Assembly: GCA_039715015.1 (NCBI GenBank)
Contig: JBDLIE010000015.1
Coordinates: forward strand, 1-64,000
Direction of reading: 5' to 3'
Length of the DNA stretch: 64,000 nucleotides
Source of the DNA: Thermodesulfobacteriota bacterium
GTDB lineage: Bacteria; Desulfobacterota; Desulfobulbia; Desulfobulbales; SURF-16
The position numbers and the translations under genes are program-made. Positions 1-10,008 of this stretch are shown here, piece by piece (position 1 is the first letter of the stretch; each line of letters opens with the position of its first letter). The notes beneath the pieces were generated by a model. The model searched no databases and was not told the origin of the DNA. It saw nothing but the letters and a program-made list of their open reading frames with translations.

Positions 1-1
1 C

Positions 2-94
2 ACCATGCTTCTTGTTTTGCCGCTCTTTGTGCTCTATGAGCTGGGTCTCACCGTGATGCGGATTTTCAGCCCTAAGAAAGAGCTGTCCGCGTAA
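2..94 (+). CDS. tatC: 3' end of a TatC-type twin-arginine translocase subunit (starts before the window)
   Basis: Frame 2 reads TMLLVLPLFVLYELGLTVMRIFSPKKELSA*, matching the last TatC helix (P-x-x-x-L-Y-E motif). Confidence 0.7.
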   Translation, partial: TMLLVLPLFVLYELGLTVMRIFSPKKELSA

Positions 95-98
95 CCGC

Positions 99-127
99 TA
101 GGTTGGGTTGAGCTTGCCAAACCCAAC
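99..127. repeat. REP-like palindrome
   Basis: GTTGGGTT (102-109) and AACCCAAC (120-127) form an inverted repeat just after the tatC stop. Confidence 0.55.
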
Positions 128-649
128 ATGATCATGCTGGCCAGCTCCCCTGTTCCTTTGGCTCTTGTTTGCCTGATACTCGTTTGATTATTGCCCCGGC
201 GTCTTGCGCTCCAATCTGCCCTGCCTAGGAGAGTCTCGGCTGGTCTGATGGTGCCGGCTTCATTCCCTGGATTATATTCTCATGTCTTCGGCCAAGTTGG
301 GGAATATTATATCCTCACGAATATCTGGGCTGGTAATTTAGCTATTGCCTGACCAAATGTTTATGTTGAGTGGCGTTTTTTTCATCTCATCATCCATCAT
401 CATCGATTGACTACCAGAAAAGCGTATGGTTTTAGAATCTGTCAGGCGGCTGAAATAGCCTTGCATCATGTGTCTTGGGCGTTGCCTGTGCCGGCAACCT
501 CCCACAAATTCTGACGACGCGAATTCTTTTGCTGTTTTTGCTTGCCATTATAAAACAGGTGTGCGTACGCTTGAATCATAATGAATTTCACGAGAGGATT
601 GGATTGGCCGTATTTTTTCGGCATACTAATTACTAGAGGGAGATGAATT

Positions 650-1183
650 ATGTATCGTACAATGTTTGCACTTCTATCAGTCGTTACGTTGCTGCCCGTC
701 AGTGCACTTGCTCAAGATCAGATCAAGAGTGCAATGAGCGCTGCCCCTTCCTCCATCTCTGCAAATGCGACAATAATGGATTGGGATTTCAAGGTGCTGC
801 GTAAAGGGAGCAATAGCTGGACTTGTCTGCCGGATAGGGCGGACACCCCCGGCAATGATCCGTGGTGTGTTGATGAGTCTTGGCTCAACTTCCTCCGGGC
901 CTACGTGAACAAGGCAAAGCCGGATTATACAAAGTTTGGAATCGCCTATATGCTTATGGGTGATACACCGGTCAGTAACAAAGATCCTTATGCCACCCAA
1001 CCCACGGGCAAGGAGGATTGGGTAACTGACCTCGGTCCTCATCTTATGCTCCTCGTTCCCGACCATGGACTGTTAAAGCATATATCCAGTGATCACCTGA
1101 ACGGTGGCCCCTGGGTGATGTGGCCGGATACGCCTTATGCACACATCATGGTACCACTGGAGAGTAGAGGGCCTTCCCAATAG
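650..1183 (+). CDS. Secreted hypothetical protein
   Basis: 177-aa ORF; GAGGGAG RBS; N-terminal signal peptide ending in ALA; C-terminal GPHLM...PWVMWPDTPYAHIMVP. Confidence 0.8.
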   Translation: MYRTMFALLSVVTLLPVSALAQDQIKSAMSAAPSSISANATIMDWDFKVLRKGSNSWTCLPDRADTPGNDPWCVDESWLNFLRAYVNKAKPDYTKFGIAYMLMGDTPVSNKDPYATQPTGKEDWVTDLGPHLMLLVPDHGLLKHISSDHLNGGPWVMWPDTPYAHIMVPLESRGPSQ

Positions 1184-1315
1184 CGCTGAAGCCGAAGGGG
1201 GGGACAGATTATTGGCAACCTAGAGGATTCTTCGTCACTCTCTCATCTCGCGCTTAGCGAAGAGCGTTTCCTGTCGCGGTCAGGCCGGTCAGGGGTCGAA
1301 CCAAGCTAACCATCT

Positions 1316-1353
1316 GAATCTGCATATTATTTTCCCCAATAATATGCAGATTC
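1316..1353. repeat. Perfect 16-bp inverted repeat
   Basis: GAATCTGCATATTATT-ttcccc-AATAATATGCAGATTC. Confidence 0.85.
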
Positions 1354-1911
1354 GAAAAGCAGGGGCAGCGACTATTATTTCTCTTTTCTCGGCCTCCTCC
1401 CCAGGGAGGGTTCTCAAGCGACGACCGGCATTCTTGTCAATTTTATTTACGAAAGATTCAGCGCCACGAAAATAGGGTCAAATCTTTATTATTGACAAAC
1501 AGGCTTCCAATCCCGTTATTTTGGCGTCTGGATGATCCCTTCCTCTTCTGACTCAATCTCTTGCGGCCTTAAGCCACCGTACTGAAAAAAAATCGTAGCC
1601 GATCAGCAGAACCACCTGCATCTACCATCGTATCTGGTCAAGGCCCTGACGCCAGCTTTTTGTCACCATCGAAAGCACTTACTCATTAAACGTTGTGCCA
1701 TGCTGTACTAAAGGTTTCATCTGGGATTTTCTGACCGTTGTTAACTCAGAAATGGCTAAATATAAAGCCGCGCCTGACTCCCGATCGAGGGTGCGCGCCT
1801 TGTTGGCAGTCAACCGACAACATTTAATGGAATGCTGTTGACACTCCAGTTCGCTGACTGGTTACTCTTCTGGGTGGCCACCCTCATGAGAACTGGACAG
1901 ATCAAGCGGCT

Positions 1912-2232
1912 GTATGCAGGCCGAGGCGCCCGAAGACCTCGCCTTTGTTTCAACTCCTGGACGATAACTATGAGCAGTTCGCCCAGGAGTATGAGAAGCG
2001 TTTTGCCGGTGATGGGCTGACGGCCATGCCCACGCTTGACTCCTATCTTAGTTTTGTGGCCCGTTCGGCCCTGGCCTTTGAAATTCCTTTTTTGCTGGCA
2101 GCAGGGGACCTCATGTCCACCATGCTTCTCGTTCTGCCGCTTTTTGTGCACGATGGGCTTGGTCTTGTGGTCATGCGGGTGTTTTCTCCCAGGAAAGGAG
2201 ATCAGGCCCCAGAAGTTTCTAGTAAGAGTTGA
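1912..2232 (+). pseudogene. Chimeric pseudogene: IS91-like transposase N-terminal fragment fused to a deleted tatC 3' duplicate
   Basis: VCRPRRPKTSPLFQLLDDNYEQFAQEYEKRF, then MPTLDSYLSF..AFEIPF..TMLLVLPLFV..VMRVFSPRK; 2118-2200 visibly aligns with 1-80. Confidence 0.65.
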
Positions 2233-2459
2233 AAAGTAAAATTTTGCCGACCACACCAATCTGCCCTGTTTGGTTGATTCCCCGTTATTTTGTTGGCGTG
2301 AGCCTCATTATATAGGCTGAGGCGGCAAAAAGGTTGCCAGCGGGGCATGCCATCAGTATGGTGGAACTTGATTTGGTCCAGGCCCGGATTTTTTAGGCAA
2401 CCTAAAAAAGCGATTTTGTATCACCTGTCACCTCTACAATTAAGGAGAGGAGTTGAGTT

Positions 2460-2795
2460 ATGTTACATGGAATATTGAGCTACGGATTTTTGGTTGGCGC
2501 CTTGTTTTTTTTGAGCGGTTGCGGTCAGGTTGACCGGCCCTTTGAATATCGTTATGAGAATAATGAGACAGTGGTGATCACCTATCAGGGGAGCAGCTAT
2601 GAACTGGTGAATAACGCTCCTGTGCAGCCTGATGTGCCGTTTACATATGAGTTTGAGGCAGACGGCGACCTGGACATCATTATTGCGGGCCGCAGCTATG
2701 AGATTGAGAACCCCTATGACCGTGATAGTGTTGTGAAAAAAAAGAAGAGTGCAAAAAAAACATTCACCCGGAAGAAGAGTAGCCGTAGGAGGTAA
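2460..2795 (+). CDS. Small lipoprotein with a Lys/Arg-rich C-terminal tail
   Basis: Lipobox LSGC; AGGAG-type RBS. Confidence 0.8.
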   Translation: MLHGILSYGFLVGALFFLSGCGQVDRPFEYRYENNETVVITYQGSSYELVNNAPVQPDVPFTYEFEADGDLDIIIAGRSYEIENPYDRDSVVKKKKSAKKTFTRKKSSRRR

Positions 2796-2800
2796 CCGAG

Positions 2801-3802
2801 GTGAAACGATTTCTGCAGTTTTTGCATCGGGAAAATCTCCTCCAGCTTCTGGGGGTCATCCTGGTGATCGTACTGACCAGTGCTACTGCCATTTCCTGGT
2901 TTGAACCGGAGATAACTTTTGTCAACGGCCTGTGGTGGAGTATCGTCACCCTGACCACTGTGGGCTACGGGGATATTTCGCCAAACTCGGCCGGCGGCAG
3001 GGTAGTGGCGATTGTGATCATGTTTTTTGGGATCGGCTTGTTGGGGATGTTAAGCGCCAGCTTGGCTGCCATAATAATCAGTAAGAAAATGAGGGAGAAT
3101 AAAGGGATGTGTAATGCGTCAATGAATGACCATATTATCCTTTGTGAGTGGAACCACCGGGCCAGGGCCATACTGGCTGAACTGCGAGCAGATCCTCACA
3201 CCGCCGAAGCTGCCATTGTTCTCATTGCCGATGTGGAAGAAAAACCTCTGGATGACCCCCATCTCTTTTTTGTCAAAGGGGTGGTCAACGAAGAGAGCTT
3301 GGAGCGGGCCAACCTAAATCAGGCCAAGACCGTTGTGGTTCTTGGCGATGACCAGCTTGAGGCAACCTCTCGTGACGCCAAGGTGGTGTTGACCACCCTG
3401 GCCATTGAAAGTCTGAACAATAACACCTACACCGTGGTGGAACTGGTTGACCAAAAAAACGTCCAGCATTGCAAAAGGGCCCATGCCGATGAAATAATCG
3501 TGGGCAGCGAACTCAGCAGTCATCTTATTGCCTCTGCCGCTGTGGACCATGGCATTAGCCAAATTGTCTCCGAACTTTTGAGTGCGCAGTACGGCAATGA
3601 ACTTTTTAGCACAGCAGTGCCGCCTGACATGGTGGATCACCCCTTTATTGATATCTTTGTGAAGATGAAAAAGGAGCAGCAGAGTACTGTGCTGGGCGTA
3701 AAGAAAAGAGGAAACGGTGAGTTGCTCTCCAACCCGCCAGCAGAGTATGTAGTTCAAGCAGGAGACACCTTGGTCGTGGTCTCCTGTGAGCGGATGAAAT
3801 AA
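2801..3802 (+). CDS. Potassium channel protein (2-TM pore plus RCK/TrkA domains)
   Basis: Selectivity filter TTVGYGD; cytoplasmic RCK-like region. Confidence 0.92.
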   Translation: MKRFLQFLHRENLLQLLGVILVIVLTSATAISWFEPEITFVNGLWWSIVTLTTVGYGDISPNSAGGRVVAIVIMFFGIGLLGMLSASLAAIIISKKMRENKGMCNASMNDHIILCEWNHRARAILAELRADPHTAEAAIVLIADVEEKPLDDPHLFFVKGVVNEESLERANLNQAKTVVVLGDDQLEATSRDAKVVLTTLAIESLNNNTYTVVELVDQKNVQHCKRAHADEIIVGSELSSHLIASAAVDHGISQIVSELLSAQYGNELFSTAVPPDMVDHPFIDIFVKMKKEQQSTVLGVKKRGNGELLSNPPAEYVVQAGDTLVVVSCERMK

Positions 3803-3845
3803 AGCTGCCCATCCGTGATTTGCCCTCCCTTATCCCATACCATTC

Positions 3846-3883
3846 AAAAAGCCGCCCAGAGTAATCTCTGAGCGGCTTTTTTT
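3846..3883. terminator. Bidirectional intrinsic terminator
   Basis: A5-GCCGCCCAGAG-loop-CTCTGAGCGGC-T-run between convergent genes. Confidence 0.85.
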
Positions 3884-3927
3884 ATAAACGAAACCAATTT
3901 TTAGGTGTGCTGCCCGCGGATCAGGTC

Positions 3928-4935
3928 TTATCCTGCCATCCTCCTCATCTCCTGTTTGAGCAGGCAGCAGGAGATACAGTGCTTTGGGCTGCCATCAGCA
4001 TTGTACTCAATATTTCCAGGTTGCAGTAACTTGTTCATCACACAGCCTTCGGCGATGTGAAGCTGGAAGAAACGCTCTTCATTGAGCCCTTCTGTTTTGA
4101 TCAGCTGATTATTTTTAATTTCCAGGGCGTGGATGGGGAAGTCCTCGCATAAGGGGCATTTGTATACCCGGCCATTGGGAAAGATGAAGAAATTCTCTGC
4201 CACCTCACCGGCACAGGCGAACTCTTCCTTCTTATCCATAAAGACCTTTGGGTAGATAACATGCATGCCAAGCTCAGCCGCCTCCCTGGCCACAGGAGGG
4301 ATGACGGAAAGCCACTCGTCAGGGGTGAGTTGCAGCGGCTCTTCAGCGTTTGCTGATTTGCCGCGGATGCCGATGACCTGGATGAAAAAACGCTTTACTC
4401 CGAGGCTGTTAAGGAGGGCCGGCATCCGTTCAAGATGCTGGAGGTTCTTGCGGCTCACCGTGTAGATCACACTGACATCAAAACCACGGTCAATTGCCTT
4501 TTTCAGGTTTTTTGTGCAGGTCTCAAAAACACCCTGGCCGCGGATGGGGTCGTTAACCACGGCATCAGGGCCATCAAGGCTAAAGCTTAACACCGCATCT
4601 CCCGGCTCTATTTTGTCAAGCAGGTCATGGAAGAGATAGCCATTGCTGTCCACCGTGATGGTTGCATAGCCAAGCTCCCGGGCATAATGGATGCCGTGGG
4701 CCAGATCGGGATGGAGGGTGGGTTCGCCGCCCAAAAAAATGATGTTGCTCTTCTTGCTTGGTTCATAAAAGAGCTTGAGCCAGCTCTCCATGGTCTCCCT
4801 GGACACAGTTTCAGAGCCATGCTGGCTGGTGTTGATGTAACAATGACTGCAGGAGAGGTTGCAGGCGGTGAGCAGGTGGAAAAAGACATTGCGTTCTTGT
4901 GCCTTGAACTCCAGGGTGTTGGTTTTGATGGTCAT
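3928..4935 (-). CDS. Radical SAM protein with a Cys-rich C-terminal extension
   Basis: CNLSCSHC (CxxxCxxC), GGEP motif, additional C-terminal cysteines. Confidence 0.9.
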   Translation of the reverse strand: MTIKTNTLEFKAQERNVFFHLLTACNLSCSHCYINTSQHGSETVSRETMESWLKLFYEPSKKSNIIFLGGEPTLHPDLAHGIHYARELGYATITVDSNGYLFHDLLDKIEPGDAVLSFSLDGPDAVVNDPIRGQGVFETCTKNLKKAIDRGFDVSVIYTVSRKNLQHLERMPALLNSLGVKRFFIQVIGIRGKSANAEEPLQLTPDEWLSVIPPVAREAAELGMHVIYPKVFMDKKEEFACAGEVAENFFIFPNGRVYKCPLCEDFPIHALEIKNNQLIKTEGLNEERFFQLHIAEGCVMNKLLQPGNIEYNADGSPKHCISCCLLKQEMRRMAG

Positions 4936-5438
4936 GGTTGATCGAGGGTATATTGAGAGAGCAGGCTGTCCGGCCAGTAGTTGGTCACCGGATTGCTGAA
5001 GAATTCCTTGAACAGAGTCAGGGACTCCTGGCGTAAGACATGGGGTACAATGGCGACTTCCATTTCCCGGTACAGGGTTGGCAAGGAGGTAAAATCAAGG
5101 TTCGTGCCGCCGCCCATGATATCTTCGTAGGCATAGACAATGGTTCGCACATTGTTAAGGATCAGGGTGGCAAAACACATGAGACAGGGTTCCATGGTGG
5201 AATAGATGGTCAAAGGGCTGCTGTCACTGTTTTTTTCTTCTTGAAACAGGCTCCGCAGGGCGCTTACCTCGGCATGGTCCAGTTCATTGGCGTGATTGAA
5301 ACTGTTGGTGCGATGCCCTCTGGCGATAATGCTGTCGTCTTGGGTGATGACACATCCCACCGGGAATTCACCCTTGTTCAGGGCTGTGCGTGCCTCTTTC
5401 AGGGCTTCCTGCATATATTGACTGTGTTTGCTGCTCAT
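4932..5438 (-). CDS. Zinc-dependent nucleoside/nucleotide deaminase (TadA/CMP-dCMP deaminase family)
   Basis: HAE and EPCLMC motifs; 4-bp overlap with the radical SAM gene. Confidence 0.88.
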   Translation of the reverse strand: MSSKHSQYMQEALKEARTALNKGEFPVGCVITQDDSIIARGHRTNSFNHANELDHAEVSALRSLFQEEKNSDSSPLTIYSTMEPCLMCFATLILNNVRTIVYAYEDIMGGGTNLDFTSLPTLYREMEVAIVPHVLRQESLTLFKEFFSNPVTNYWPDSLLSQYTLDQP

Positions 5439-5666
5439 CTGATCCTGTTGTAACGGCTTTTTATATGCCTGAAGGTGATCTCTGCTGGGGACGAGACTTT
5501 AGCGACTATCATAAATGGAAATGGTCCAGCGTCAAGAAAAAGAGCCTGAGCTTGAGCTTGCCAGTGTGGAAAAGAGAGGAAAAATATCGATTTTTAGAGA
5601 AATTGTGGTTATTAAGGTTTGAGTGAAATAGTAGAGTTCTGCTCGAAATGTACGTGAAACGAAATT

Positions 5667-6707
5667 ATGCTCAGTGTTCGTGAAACCATAGAACAGAGGG
5701 AGCTGGAGTATCTCTCGCCTTACAGTTGCCCTAGCGCCAAGACAAAGGGGCGGAGCGTGCAGGAAGAACCTTGTCCAATCCGCACGGCCTTCCAAAGGGA
5801 CCGTAACCGCATTGTCTACTGCAAAGCCTTTCGGCGCCTGAAGTATAAGACCCAGGTCTTCCTTGCCCCCACCGGCGATCATTACCGAACTCGACTTACC
5901 CATACCCTGGAGGTCTCAGAAATCGCCAGGACCCTGGGGAGAGCTCTCTTCTTAAATGAAGATCTGCTTGAGGCTATTGCCCTGGGCCATGATTTGGGCC
6001 ACACCCCCTTCGGCCATGCTGGCGAAGCGGTTTTGAATAAGCTCATGACAGGAGGTTTTTCCCATTACAGTCAGAGTTTGCGCGTGGTGGATGTCCTTGA
6101 AAATGACGGGGTGGGCTTAAATCTCACCTATGAAGTGCGCGATGGCATTATTAAACACTCCAAAGGTTATGGCGAGGTGTTGCCCTCCGCCAGTAAAGAC
6201 ATGCCCCAGACCGCCGAGGGCTGCGCGGTGCGTTATGCCGATATTATAGCCTACCTTGCCCACGATTTGGACGATGCCATCCGAAGTGGAGTCATCTCAG
6301 AAGAGGAGATCCCAGCACAATGCCAGGAGATTCTTGGCAAAAATCACTCACGGCGTATTGTCTCCATGGTGGAAGGGGTGTTGGCTGGTACGGCCCCCCA
6401 GGGCGAGCATTTGGTCTTTGGGGTTGCCGAGAGAACCGGTCGAGCCATGCAGGAGTTGCGGCAGTTTCTTTACAATAACGTTTACAGGGCCGAGCAGGTC
6501 CACAACGAGTTTGTGAAGGCCTCAAAGATGTTACGCGAACTCTTTGGCTATTTTATGGAAAACCAGGAATTTCTTGATGCCTACATGGGCTCCTATGCCG
6601 AATCCACCTCCCTTGAGAGAAGGGTGGGGGATTTTGTCGCCAGTATGACAGACCGCTATGCCCAAGATATGTATCAGGAGATTTTTTGGCCCAAGACAAG
6701 GGTGTAG
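5667..6707 (+). CDS. dgt: Deoxyguanosinetriphosphate triphosphohydrolase (HD domain)
   Basis: RTAFQRDRNR, RTRLTHTLEV, GHDLGHTPFGHAGE, DFVASMTDRY motifs. Confidence 0.93.
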   Translation: MLSVRETIEQRELEYLSPYSCPSAKTKGRSVQEEPCPIRTAFQRDRNRIVYCKAFRRLKYKTQVFLAPTGDHYRTRLTHTLEVSEIARTLGRALFLNEDLLEAIALGHDLGHTPFGHAGEAVLNKLMTGGFSHYSQSLRVVDVLENDGVGLNLTYEVRDGIIKHSKGYGEVLPSASKDMPQTAEGCAVRYADIIAYLAHDLDDAIRSGVISEEEIPAQCQEILGKNHSRRIVSMVEGVLAGTAPQGEHLVFGVAERTGRAMQELRQFLYNNVYRAEQVHNEFVKASKMLRELFGYFMENQEFLDAYMGSYAESTSLERRVGDFVASMTDRYAQDMYQEIFWPKTRV

Positions 6708-6805
6708 GAGCAGTTAAGGGTTGAAGAGGGGATAAGAAGGAGGTGCGAGCATTCTTGCCCCCTCTTTACTCTTAACAGGTTAACAATAAATAAAAGGTGC
6801 ACGTG

Positions 6806-7126
6806 ATGTCAGAAGAAGTAGATTTTGTTCCCTATGAAGTGGCCATGCAGATCGTCGGCAATATTGTTGAGGAGGAACATCTCCATGAGCTAAACCGCCG
6901 GATTCTTACCGTCTATGACAAAGAGGGCAGTGAGCTGTGCTGGTATGATGCCGAAGAGATCATGGGCGAGGCGGTTATTGAAAACCCTAAGGATAAAGAC
7001 GCGGTGAAGCTCGCCTGTGTTGAGGTGATCATGCGCCAGATCCCGAAATGGGCCCTGGAGGATCTTCTAAAGCGTAAAAACGCAGAAGCAGCAGAAAAAA
7101 AGGATGCTTCTTCAAGCATCGACTGA
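6806..7126 (+). CDS. Hypothetical protein
   Basis: Acidic ~106-aa ORF with protein-like composition. Confidence 0.75.
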   Translation: MSEEVDFVPYEVAMQIVGNIVEEEHLHELNRRILTVYDKEGSELCWYDAEEIMGEAVIENPKDKDAVKLACVEVIMRQIPKWALEDLLKRKNAEAAEKKDASSSID

Positions 7127-7181
7127 ATGACCAAGGTTTTGACCGCAGCGTCCTCCTTTTGCTGAGGCAGATAATCTGCTA

Positions 7182-8018
7182 TCAGGTCTTGATAGCTAAA
7201 TTGCCCCCTATACCTTCTGGTATGGGGGGTGTTTTTTCTGCCCCCAGGACATAACCGCCATCAAGGCGAAGGGTGCTGCCGGTCATGAAGGTGGCGTCTT
7301 TGATGAGAAAGAGAACGGCCTTCACCAGATCCTCGGCCTTGCCGGTTCTCCCCAGGAGGGTATGGCCGATTAATTCTTGCTGCTGCTCATTAGTAAGCAG
7401 GGGCCAGCCTCTGGTCCCCTCTGCATGACGATGTTCAAAAAAACCAAGCATGATTTCATTGACCCGCACCTCAGGGGCAGCCTGGCTGGCCCAGGTTTCT
7501 GTAAGGGAATTTATTGCCCTGTTGGCCGCAGCATAACCATCGTTAAAAATGAGACCGGCCAGGCCCTTGCGGCCAGTGATAGCGGCTATGGATGAGATGA
7601 CAATCATCACCCCGTCCGGCTGCTTCTTTAACAAAGGCAGACTTGCCTGAAAAACATTCCACTTGGCCTTGAGAGTTGTATCCATCTCCCTGTCCCACTG
7701 TTCCTTGGTGTAGGGGCCGTGGACAATGGGCATGCCGCCACGTTCAATATTATTGATGGCAATATCAAGGCGCCCATAGCGTTCTATACCTTGGCGCAGC
7801 AACTCCGAGACCTCTTCTTCTTTGCGGAGGTCAGTTGGCAGGGCGAGGAATTCAAAACCAAGGTGGGAAAATTCGTCCTGCATCTCCCGAACAGAATCGG
7901 GCCAGTCGTAATAGGGAAGGATAAGACGCACGCCAGCCTGACCTAGAGCCAGGGCAACAGCTCGGCCAAGACCGCGGCTGGCCCCGAGAACCAAGGCTGT
8001 TTTGCCGGAGAGTTCCAT
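7182..8018 (-). CDS. SDR-family oxidoreductase
   Basis: LGASRGLG Rossmann motif; FMTGSTLRLDGG; YAAAN in place of the canonical YxxxK. Confidence 0.88.
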   Translation of the reverse strand: MELSGKTALVLGASRGLGRAVALALGQAGVRLILPYYDWPDSVREMQDEFSHLGFEFLALPTDLRKEEEVSELLRQGIERYGRLDIAINNIERGGMPIVHGPYTKEQWDREMDTTLKAKWNVFQASLPLLKKQPDGVMIVISSIAAITGRKGLAGLIFNDGYAAANRAINSLTETWASQAAPEVRVNEIMLGFFEHRHAEGTRGWPLLTNEQQQELIGHTLLGRTGKAEDLVKAVLFLIKDATFMTGSTLRLDGGYVLGAEKTPPIPEGIGGNLAIKT

Positions 8019-8026
8019 GTGAGGGC

Positions 8027-9673
8027 TTAGAGAGAAGCGGTTTTGATTAACAGCTTGGTGCCGGGGTGGATCACATCGTTTTTGAGACTGTTCCAACGTC
8101 TGATTTTATCCATGTTCAGCTTGAATTGGCGGGCAATGGTCCATAATGTGTCGCCCCTTTTGACATGGTAATAGATAACCCTGCCGTCCGGTGAATTTGG
8201 GGAGGGTGGTGGCTCGTCAGCCTTGGCCAGGTCGGCTAGGCGAGCCTGCTCTTTTTTGGCAAAGCTTGCATCGTCAAGGTAGATGGCAAGCTGCTGTCCG
8301 GCTCTAATTCTGCCAAGGTCATCCAGATTATTCCAGATGGCAACCATGTGCTGGGGCACGCCATAGCGCCGGGCAATGATGGAGAGGGTCTCTCCGGCCT
8401 TGATTTTGTGGAGTAGCAGGTCGGAATCAGCCACAGCCGCAGGCGGGTTGCTCGCCTTGTCCCAAAGAACATAGTCGGTGGATTGGTAGGGAACGCGGAG
8501 GCGCTGCCCTTTGTGGAGTTTAGCGCTTTGCAATTTGTTAGTTTTCAGCAAGGTAAGTTTTTTAATGTTATACAGGCTGCAGATCTTGCTCAGGCTGTCG
8601 CTGGGGCGGACAACATGGGTTTTATACTTGGTGGTCACCACCGGATAGACCTTTTTTAAATTCTTGGCCACTATCTCTTTCTTGCCCACCGGCACTTTGA
8701 GAGGATAGGAGGCCCTGTCGGGAGGGGTAATCCTCTTCCTGAGCTGACGGTTAAGGTCGCGCAGCTCATCGTAGTTGGCGTCGCAGGCCACGGCAACCGA
8801 GCGCAGGGATGTCCAGCGTGGGACATTCACCACCTCATACTCCAGAGGTGTTTCGTAGTTTAGATCTGTAAAGCCATACTTGGCAGGATTCTTGGCAATA
8901 ATGATGGCCGCGATGAGTTTTGGGACATAGAGCTTGGTCTCGCTACGCAGGTAGCGGTGTTGGGCAAGGTCCCAGAAATTGTCGACCTTGTACTTTCTAA
9001 GGCCCTTCCTGATCTTGCCTCCCCCGGCATTATAGGCGGCAACCGCAAGGTGCCAGTCGTTAAACTCCTTATAGAGGTCACCTAGAAAATCAATAGCGGC
9101 CAGGGTGGCCTTGGTGGGGTCACGCCGCTCATCCTCATGGCTGTTAACCTTCAGGCCGTAATGGCGACCAGTGGAGCGGATAAACTGCCAAGGGCCGGCA
9201 GCCCGGGCTCTGGAATAAGCGGTGAGGCTGTAGCCACTTTCAATCATGGGCAGATAGGCCAGATCCAGGGGAAGTCCGGCCTCTCTGAGATGTTTTTGGA
9301 TCATGGGCAGGTAGCGGCCTGAACGCTCCAGCCACTTGTTGAAGGTTGTGCGTTGACGAGTCTGGAAGAAGTCGAGATAAAATTCCACCTGCTTGTTGAT
9401 GGTCACCGGGAAATCATAGCTGATTTTTTGGCTGCTAATGGCCTCGGTGGACCCTTGCTCCCAACGGCCGAGATGTTCAAGCTCCTTAATTTCCTCATTA
9501 ACCGTTGCCTCGGGCTCGGGAATAGTAGTCTCGTCAATTAAACCTTCAATGGCAGGGATGGTGACCATTTCCAGCTGTTGGTCTGGAGACAAGAAGGCCT
9601 GTTGCTGGGAACTGTTGATACAGCCGGCAAGGGGCACGAGGAAAAGCAGAAGGATACTAAGAAGATAACGCAT
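8027..9673 (-). CDS. mltD: Membrane-bound lytic murein transglycosylase D-like lipoprotein with LysM repeats
   Basis: Lipobox LAGC; IES, AAGPWQF, AAYNAG and ETKLYVPK SLT motifs; three LysM-like repeats. Confidence 0.9.
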   Translation of the reverse strand: MRYLLSILLLFLVPLAGCINSSQQQAFLSPDQQLEMVTIPAIEGLIDETTIPEPEATVNEEIKELEHLGRWEQGSTEAISSQKISYDFPVTINKQVEFYLDFFQTRQRTTFNKWLERSGRYLPMIQKHLREAGLPLDLAYLPMIESGYSLTAYSRARAAGPWQFIRSTGRHYGLKVNSHEDERRDPTKATLAAIDFLGDLYKEFNDWHLAVAAYNAGGGKIRKGLRKYKVDNFWDLAQHRYLRSETKLYVPKLIAAIIIAKNPAKYGFTDLNYETPLEYEVVNVPRWTSLRSVAVACDANYDELRDLNRQLRKRITPPDRASYPLKVPVGKKEIVAKNLKKVYPVVTTKYKTHVVRPSDSLSKICSLYNIKKLTLLKTNKLQSAKLHKGQRLRVPYQSTDYVLWDKASNPPAAVADSDLLLHKIKAGETLSIIARRYGVPQHMVAIWNNLDDLGRIRAGQQLAIYLDDASFAKKEQARLADLAKADEPPPSPNSPDGRVIYYHVKRGDTLWTIARQFKLNMDKIRRWNSLKNDVIHPGTKLLIKTASL

Positions 9674-10008
9674 GGAATTAAACCAATTTATAGGCTCAAA
9701 GGAGTATTGTTTTGATCTCTCTAAAACAACGATAGGTCGAGGGGTTGCTGAAATATGCCCACCCCTTTTACCTGAGCGGATGTCAACTGGCAACATGTTT
9801 TCACTTTTTCCTTAGCATTGTTAGCTTAGCTGTTAAGGGAAGGGAAAAATAGATGTTTGTAGCTTTTGTCTTGAAGTTGTTGTTGTTTTGGGGAATTATA
9901 CCGTACTTTATTGTAAATGTCCAAAACAGTGTAATTATACATTCTTGGCCTTTGGTTGAGAAGTTTGTTGGCAAGATGTCTTAAGTTTAAAAATGCCTGT
10001 AGAAATTC

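Noticed and set aside
1176..1215. Possible attC site after the secreted-protein gene
   Set aside because: Only a vague resemblance to an attC 5' end; no RYYYAAC/GTTRRRY pair or complementary arm was found.
5667..6707. dGTPase as an anti-phage nucleotide-depletion system
   Set aside because: It is a short housekeeping-type Dgt in a core-gene context with no defence-island neighbours.
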